Shown piece by piece: positions 57,864-64,000 of a stretch of 64,000 nt of DNA. Both the position numbers and the translations under genes were made by a program. The stretch comes from an uncultured virus (IMG/VR IMGVR_UViG_3300032167_000098) (lineage: Duplodnaviria > Heunggongvirae > Uroviricota > Caudoviricetes), in the IMG/VR virus record IMGVR_UViG_3300032167_000098, positions 1 to 64,000 of that record. One strand, given 5' to 3'. The notes under the pieces are model-generated. The model did no database searches. It was given only the letters and a program-made list of their open reading frames with translations, and was not told the origin of the DNA. Every line of letters starts with the position of its first letter. Within the stretch, counting starts at the first letter, position 1.

Positions 57864-59711
57864 TTAATATGTATATTTTTGATCGCTCAACAGCAGATCA
57901 AACAATTTAGGATTATTATATATATCTAGTTGACCATCTACAATGAACTGAGAAATTCCTTTCTTTGTGTAAAGAATCTCTTGTACACGTTCGTCAATTG
58001 TATCTTTTGTAACAAGTGTGTATATATTTAACGGTGCTGTAGACATTCCGATGCGATGCGCTCTATCTTCACCTTGTTCTTTATCTGAAGGTGTCCAGGG
58101 ACAATCGTAGAAAATGACATTCTGTGCAGCTGTCAGCGTATGCGTTGTGCCCATTGCACCGATAGTACCAATCATAATAGTATACGCTGGATTTGTTTGA
58201 AAAACTTTCTTATGTCGTTCACGTTCTTCAAACGTCATAGTACCTGTAAAACAGCATACCTTGTATTGCTTAGATATGTACTTATATAAGGTTCTAAGAG
58301 GCTCAACCCAGTTAGAGTAGATTAGGACTTTTTCGCCTCTTTCATGTATTTCAACCAAGATCTCAAGCAACCGCGCTAATCGTGCATTCTTACTTAAATA
58401 ATCTTTATCAACTTTCAAATCCGGATCAACTAATTCAGGAGCTTCGTTTACTTGACGAAGTCGTAGAAGTTGAGTCATAGGATTTAGTGAATGCACAATT
58501 TCATCTTTATGTGCTACAACATCTTTAAGAACATTTTCATATAATCGTGCTTGATATGTTGTGTTCTCAACATACTCTACTATCTGTATTTTCGGAGGAA
58601 GTTTGAGAACATCAGATTTCAAACGTCGAATCATATTATGTTGCAGTATCACTTTGAGCTTAGGAACATTCTTATAGCCAATTACTTCATGATCACCAAA
58701 ACCACCATATATACAGTATTCTTTAGACCATGTGTAGTATGATGAAGTGTTTGAGCTGTTAGTTAGTTTGAGTGGCACAAATAGATCCAAAGGAGAGTTT
58801 GTAATCGGAGTTCCAGTCATCGGCAACCACATTGCGTTGTTACCGGTACGCTTCTTTATCTCAAGAAGCTGTTTACCTTGTTTAGAGGTTGGAGATGCAT
58901 TCTTATGGATTTCATCAATTATTATCATTTGAATCTGATTTCGTTGTATTCGATCTACAATTGCATCTGTAATAGCATAAGTACGATTTTCTTTGTAATG
59001 AAGTGCTTCTATGTTTAATATCAAGAAGTAAGGTAACTTTCCTTCTTTTCCGAACATTCTTCCTGTTCTAAGATCTTCCAGCTTTTCTCGACTGCCTCCG
59101 CTGTATCTGATTTTACCACCGCGTCCTTTTCGCATACCGAGTATGTACGGAGTCTCAGCACCATTAGTATGCTTGAAGATGTCAGCATACCAGTTCATTC
59201 TAGAACTATTAACACAACATATAACAAGACAATGTTTAAATCCATTGCGCTCTTTATTATACATTGCAAGATTCATAGATTCTAAAGTTTTACCTAAACC
59301 TTGTTCATCCGCAACAAGAAAACCATTCATGTTACCACTGCGTTGACGATGAATAGCAAATTTCATGAAATTTATCTGATGGGGCAGTACTTCAGATCCT
59401 GCCTCTACATAGAGATGCGCATCTGAAATGTCTTCGTCAGGAATATGATCTGTAACATCTAATGAAGCATTTTGGCCAATCTGCTCATCTGATATTATCT
59501 TGATGTGATTTTCATACCGAGTCCCTTTGAGTTCATTGACCAACCATCCAAGCCGATCTTTCGGAATAAGCCACATCTTTTGATTAGGTAACCATTGTCG
59601 ACCTGGAACTTGTTTGATAGCAGCAACAACTGCAGCATCATATTTGAATTGCACTTCATACACATCTCCGTTCTTTCGAACGTATATATCTGAAGTATTA
59701 AGTGTACTCAT
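57864..59711 (-). CDS. SNF2-family helicase with an N-terminal HARP-like domain
   Basis: FKYD..VV..IKQVPGRQW....KMW (HARP-like), ADEQGLGKT, DEIH, TGTP and QGEDRAHRIG. Confidence 0.88.
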   Translation of the reverse strand: MSTLNTSDIYVRKNGDVYEVQFKYDAAVVAAIKQVPGRQWLPNQKMWLIPKDRLGWLVNELKGTRYENHIKIISDEQIGQNASLDVTDHIPDEDISDAHLYVEAGSEVLPHQINFMKFAIHRQRSGNMNGFLVADEQGLGKTLESMNLAMYNKERNGFKHCLVICCVNSSRMNWYADIFKHTNGAETPYILGMRKGRGGKIRYSGGSREKLEDLRTGRMFGKEGKLPYFLILNIEALHYKENRTYAITDAIVDRIQRNQIQMIIIDEIHKNASPTSKQGKQLLEIKKRTGNNAMWLPMTGTPITNSPLDLFVPLKLTNSSNTSSYYTWSKEYCIYGGFGDHEVIGYKNVPKLKVILQHNMIRRLKSDVLKLPPKIQIVEYVENTTYQARLYENVLKDVVAHKDEIVHSLNPMTQLLRLRQVNEAPELVDPDLKVDKDYLSKNARLARLLEILVEIHERGEKVLIYSNWVEPLRTLYKYISKQYKVCCFTGTMTFEERERHKKVFQTNPAYTIMIGTIGAMGTTHTLTAAQNVIFYDCPWTPSDKEQGEDRAHRIGMSTAPLNIYTLVTKDTIDERVQEILYTKKGISQFIVDGQLDIYNNPKLFDLLLSDQKYTY

Positions 59712-60100
59712 TCTTTAGCTACCTTTTCAAATGTGTATCCGCTTCTCTTACGACCTGTTTTAATGCTATCGCTTACCTGTGCCGGATCAATATGTAATGC
59801 TTTTGCAGCCTGTGATTGTGTATCCCAGCACTGATCAGTTTCAATACAATGTATCACATATTTAACATCTTTACTTGTGCTAGATGATAACTCATTGATC
59901 GCAGGCGCTGCTTGGCGCGTATCGTTAGTTTCGTTGCACATCTTAATAAGTGTAGCCAACGAAAGTATCTTTCCATCTACCTTAAACGCATAACCGGCTG
60001 CATCCATTATCTTTAAAGTTTCAACTTGATAAGGCACTGTGGCTGAAACAGCGCCAAACATACATTTGTTATCAGATTTACGCAGTACTTGAAACACCAT
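59708..60100 (-). CDS. Protein with a C-terminal NUMOD1-like HTH
   Basis: VIHCIETDQCWDTQSQAAKALHI....VS........GYTF. Confidence 0.55.
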   Translation of the reverse strand: MVFQVLRKSDNKCMFGAVSATVPYQVETLKIMDAAGYAFKVDGKILSLATLIKMCNETNDTRQAAPAINELSSSTSKDVKYVIHCIETDQCWDTQSQAAKALHIDPAQVSDSIKTGRKRSGYTFEKVAKE

Positions 60101-60883
60101 TTATTCATACCTCGCTTTTATTTTTGTATCGTAACTAAAATATGTCCTATCTATCTGCTTATATGCTTTATAACGATCTCCCCAGTCATGAAAATCATCT
60201 GCTCTAAAAAATGTCACATACTGAGGAATTGTGATTCCATTTACCAATACATCGTTTACGGCATTTACACACGACTCTTGAGGCTCTTTAGATTTAACTT
60301 TAGGAGCAACTGAAAACTGATATGGTTCATATATAACATCATCTAATGACATATTATGAACGTACATGCGATTCAACACAACAGATGCTACTGCTTTTTG
60401 GCATTCATAAGATTCGGAACCTACTTCCAAAGTTACAAGAGCTGCAAGAAGTCTACATTCTTCATCTGATAATCCATATTGACTTTGTATGTAGGGAGCT
60501 GCATAACATTCTTCCACTGCGTCGGCTTGTACAATTGAAACCGGATATTCTAGGTTGTCCATATCAATCTCTGCTATTTCATATTCGGGAATCAAAATAG
60601 TTCTAAAATATGAATCGTTGCAGAAAGTATCGGCTTCTGTTAATTCATCAGAGTGTATATTGATATGAGGCTTTGCAGGCAGCTCGTCAATCACAGGTGC
60701 ATATACTACTAGTACATCACTGCCCATTTTGATCTCAGCAGTACCTGTAGACTGTTCTAACAGCTTAAATTCTGAATGTTTAGCTCCTCTGATAATTGCG
60801 ATAATGATTACAGCTACTGTCAATACAACTAGTACAATATCTAAAACAGCTGCCCAAGATAATCGTCGAGGTTTATTTTTCAT
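60101..60883 (-). CDS. SleB/CwlJ-type cell wall hydrolase (Hydrolase_2) with an N-terminal TM anchor
   Basis: LLAALVTLEVGSE....QKAVASVVLNR....DVIYEPYQFS. Confidence 0.85.
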   Translation of the reverse strand: MKNKPRRLSWAAVLDIVLVVLTVAVIIIAIIRGAKHSEFKLLEQSTGTAEIKMGSDVLVVYAPVIDELPAKPHINIHSDELTEADTFCNDSYFRTILIPEYEIAEIDMDNLEYPVSIVQADAVEECYAAPYIQSQYGLSDEECRLLAALVTLEVGSESYECQKAVASVVLNRMYVHNMSLDDVIYEPYQFSVAPKVKSKEPQESCVNAVNDVLVNGITIPQYVTFFRADDFHDWGDRYKAYKQIDRTYFSYDTKIKARYE

Positions 60884-60993
60884 ATTATTTATTCTCCTAC
60901 AAGTATATATGTTCTATAACGATTTATACATAAAGATAGAAGGTTATGCAATTGCATAGCCTCCTACCAATGTTGAAAAAAGGATATAATGGC

Positions 60994-61641
60994 CTAACTT
61001 TGTTTAGCTTCTACAGTTCCTAAAAGGGCTGATATTTGCTGTCCGAGCTGTTGCATCTCTGCAATATCGTGTTTATCAAATTCATCGTCTTTTATCATTT
61101 CAATGTATCCGATGTGTTTTCCTCTAGGAGTTTTCATTGCTACGCACAATGCTTGATGCTCATTTTGAGATTTCATCAGATCACACATTGCGCCACCCAT
61201 CGTTGTATTCGGATCATCTATGTTGAAAATACAGTAGTCATGATCATTCAGCTCTGCAAAAAATGCAGTGAATAGCGAGGTTGAGAGTTTATCTATTCTG
61301 TGCCCTGTAGCTGAGGCACCTAACTTGTATACCTCATAAGTGCACGTCATATATTTAAATGGAAGATATGCAACAGACATTACAGAATTTGAAAATTCTA
61401 TTACATGAATTCTAGTCGCATCAGATTCTCTTAATTCATTTGTTATTAATCTTTGAATCTGCTTGTTTATCTCTGCTCGGATATCTAGCAGTTGATCATG
61501 TTTCTTTGTAGACAGTTTGTTCTCTAACCATTTGAATCCGATACCTACAAGCTTAAATAACGCGTAGAGAACTATTATACAGATGACTATCATCACACCA
61601 TAGTCACCTATGAATTTTGCAAATGTTTGAATATCTCCCAT
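60994..61641 (-). CDS. Single-TM protein with a GAF-like soluble domain (possible holin/lysis regulator)
   Basis: N-terminal TM and an alpha/beta domain (ATRIHVIEFSN...TCTYEV...IGYIEM); adjacent to the cell wall hydrolase; class L promoter. Confidence 0.4.
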   Translation of the reverse strand: MGDIQTFAKFIGDYGVMIVICIIVLYALFKLVGIGFKWLENKLSTKKHDQLLDIRAEINKQIQRLITNELRESDATRIHVIEFSNSVMSVAYLPFKYMTCTYEVYKLGASATGHRIDKLSTSLFTAFFAELNDHDYCIFNIDDPNTTMGGAMCDLMKSQNEHQALCVAMKTPRGKHIGYIEMIKDDEFDKHDIAEMQQLGQQISALLGTVEAKQS

Positions 61642-61698
61642 ATTTATAGACCTTTCTTGTAAAGAACTTTATCCACTAATATATAAGGTGGATTATTA

Positions 61699-63222
61699 TT
61701 ATGATTGTAATTTCAATAGGGAGTTTCCTATAATATCTTTCCAATCAGCTATCCATTTATCTATGAATTGTTGAATATTTGTATTGAAGTTACACTGATA
61801 CACTTCGAGACAATCAATTATTGAGCTAAATATCGACTGTAAGTAACTTCCGATGTTGTCACTTGTGTACTGAATGGATCCTGGAACTGTATTAGTACAG
61901 CATTCAAGATAAGTAAGAGGATTATCTACACTGTGTACTTGTTCAAAGCACAAACTACGCAGCTGATCGAGATGACTATCTATTTGGCACATGGAAGATT
62001 CTATCAAATATCTGTACTCAGTTATATCATCTCCCCACAGGTTGGATTGAATTGTAATTAAGTTAAACTTTGATACATAGTATACTGCAAACACTATGTT
62101 GAAAATTTCTTTCAAATCAATTGTATCTATGTCAGACAGTACGGTAACATCCCAGTCCTCATTATCATCAACAAGAACTACTGTTGAATCATCTTTCAAC
62201 TTATCCTGAACAGATGCATCATATAGTACGGTTTGTAGTGCGTCAACGATCTCTTCGGGTGTCACTTGAGCAGATGTTATTCTTTTCAATTTGTATTGAA
62301 TTTCGTTTTCGACAGGAGTTCTGTGCACAGATGCAATGATACCTTTACGTCCATTCAAACCTCTTGCAGACGGAATCTGACCTGTTTCCATATCAAGTGC
62401 ATATTTGCCCCAAGAAAGGTCTTCTGTTTCAGGTTCTTCTGAATTTTCCGATTCACTTTCTGTTTGATTCTGTGATTGTTGATCTTCAGGTGCTTGACCT
62501 AATATCTGATCTAGTGCTTTTTTGAATGTCTCCTCAGCATCTTCTAACATATCAGACATCTTTGTACAATGTTGCAGTTTTTGGTTTGTTGTTTCTGCGT
62601 CTCTGAATGCTCTTTGAAACTGTTTAGAAAGATCTTCAGTATTATCTACAGCTTCGCGTTGTAAATCATCTATTGCATTTGAAAGTGAATTAGATTCATC
62701 TATACTCTGAACTTTCTGCTTTGCCTGTGCACATTGCGTTTTTACATCTTGAATGAAATCTTTTGCTTGTTCTACTAACGCATCATGTTGAACTTTGATG
62801 CTCTCGGCATTTTTGTTATCTGCTGCATCCCAAGCTGCCATAGTAGATCTGATAACTTTCATTGCTTTATCTTCTGTTACATTTTCAGCTACAAAAGAAT
62901 GATTGTTTAATCCGGAAACTGTTTTGATTTCTAGACTATATGTCGGAGGCTCGCCTTCACTTTGTATTGGATGAGGTTTGAGAGTTACTTCACAGAGATA
63001 ACCTGATTGCCCTTTGGTCTTCTTGTATTCGTCGTTACCAACTTGCCATACCGTAGATGTCGGACCTTTAGATACACGACCGATATCATAACCACTTTGC
63101 ATCAATCCAGATGCAAGAGATCCTAAAGATCTTCCGAACTTTCCAAGACCTTTGATTATAGCATCAATCACACTGCTTGTTGAGCTAGATTGCGTATCGC
63201 ACAGAATTACAAACTTATCCAT
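61699..63222 (-). CDS. Large acidic multi-domain hypothetical protein (possible internal head protein)
   Basis: 507 aa; coiled coil and IIAS/ITSA motifs. Confidence 0.6.
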   Translation of the reverse strand: MDKFVILCDTQSSSTSSVIDAIIKGLGKFGRSLGSLASGLMQSGYDIGRVSKGPTSTVWQVGNDEYKKTKGQSGYLCEVTLKPHPIQSEGEPPTYSLEIKTVSGLNNHSFVAENVTEDKAMKVIRSTMAAWDAADNKNAESIKVQHDALVEQAKDFIQDVKTQCAQAKQKVQSIDESNSLSNAIDDLQREAVDNTEDLSKQFQRAFRDAETTNQKLQHCTKMSDMLEDAEETFKKALDQILGQAPEDQQSQNQTESESENSEEPETEDLSWGKYALDMETGQIPSARGLNGRKGIIASVHRTPVENEIQYKLKRITSAQVTPEEIVDALQTVLYDASVQDKLKDDSTVVLVDDNEDWDVTVLSDIDTIDLKEIFNIVFAVYYVSKFNLITIQSNLWGDDITEYRYLIESSMCQIDSHLDQLRSLCFEQVHSVDNPLTYLECCTNTVPGSIQYTSDNIGSYLQSIFSSIIDCLEVYQCNFNTNIQQFIDKWIADWKDIIGNSLLKLQS

Positions 63223-63324
63223 AAGTATTTATTACCTCATCATAATATATGTATGTGTATATATAAGATTAACGGCTGCCGTTCCCGACCGCCGCCATCT
63301 TATTCAAGAGTGTAAGTATTGAAA

Positions 63325-63729
63325 TTATTTCTTTATTGTCGGATTCTTGCGCGCGATGACTTTCTTATCCGGAACTGCTTTTACAGACGCTTTTACAGGT
63401 TTCCTAGAAGCTTCCACCGATTTCTTAGGGGTCTTTACGCAAGACTCTACAAATTCAACGTCTTCCTCAGGCTCTACGGTGAATTCATCTTCACCGACTG
63501 CAAATACAACTGTGTCTTCATCTGCCGTTACTTCAACAGGCATACCTGTCACTTCGGCAATGAGTTCCGCAACATCCTCAGTCTCGAACAGAAGCTCAGA
63601 AGCCTCAGGATCTACATCGACTTCAGGTTCGCCCTCTTCAAGCTCAGGAACTTCGTCAACAACCTCATCAACCACAGGCTCGTCGACTATTTCTTCATCA
63701 GCAACTATGCGTTTCTTTTGAATAAACAT
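63325..63729 (-). CDS. Highly acidic protein with a basic tail and repeated [IV]xA motifs (scaffold/core-like)
   Basis: MFIQKKRIVADEE...SVEASRKPVKASVKA. Confidence 0.65.
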   Translation of the reverse strand: MFIQKKRIVADEEIVDEPVVDEVVDEVPELEEGEPEVDVDPEASELLFETEDVAELIAEVTGMPVEVTADEDTVVFAVGEDEFTVEPEEDVEFVESCVKTPKKSVEASRKPVKASVKAVPDKKVIARKNPTIKK

Positions 63730-63762
63730 ATCAATTCTCCTTGTAAATTATATTGAATTTTA

Positions 63763-64000
63763 TCAGTTGAGAACAACTAATTTGTTTTTGTGAGCTTGTA
63801 ATTCTGAGCGAATCGCTTCAAGTTCGGCATTTGCTTCGCTGAGTAACGCTTCACCGTTGAGAGATACATTAGAACCTTCGACAGTGTACTTACTGCGGCT
63901 ATGCCCTTGTGCTAACTTCATGTTAGCTACACTCATTCTTACAAGATAATCTATCCAAGTATCTGAAACAATTTCAGAAACATCTTGAAGATCTGGCACA
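63763..64000 (-). CDS. 3' end of a neck/head-completion protein (T4 gp13-like), truncated
   Basis: G..RSKY....NVSLNGEALLSEANAELEAIRSEL resembles the C-termini of myovirus neck proteins. Confidence 0.5.
   Translation of the reverse strand, partial: VPDLQDVSEIVSDTWIDYLVRMSVANMKLAQGHSRSKYTVEGSNVSLNGEALLSEANAELEAIRSELQAHKNKLVVLN

Overview
This 64-kb window comes from a large, AT-rich tailed-phage genome. The host is probably a Bacillota (gut/rumen-type) bacterium; this is inferred from GGAGG RBSs, sigmaA-type promoters, RecU, a SleB-type hydrolase and the holin type. Almost all genes are on the - strand and use standard code 11. From left to right it holds: (1) a replication operon (SSB, primase, DnaB-like helicase, degenerate loader) next to an iteron-bearing origin candidate and two sigma-factor-like genes; (2) small accessory genes; (3) a YhhQ/VUT transporter plus amidase unit with a preQ1-like leader; (4) tail/receptor-binding genes with 26-aa LRR-like arrays; (5) thyX and an NAD-dependent ligase; (6) a ~6-kb mostly non-coding RNA array; (7) Rad50-like, UvrD, HD, RecU and HARP-SNF2 genes, lysis genes and the end of a neck gene. 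The strongest novelty candidate is the RNA array at 39.0-45.0 kb. It carries six canonical tRNAs, four tRNA-like RNAs with replaced D/anticodon domains, a three-copy unknown ncRNA family and a ~1.15-kb end-paired giant RNA. Other candidates are a shared basic leader/[IV]-x-A motif on many unrelated proteins (possible capsid-targeting or protease signal), a three-class promoter cascade, and a methyltransferase-RelE fusion with no antitoxin. All assignments are by-eye motif recognition; no searches or folding were run.
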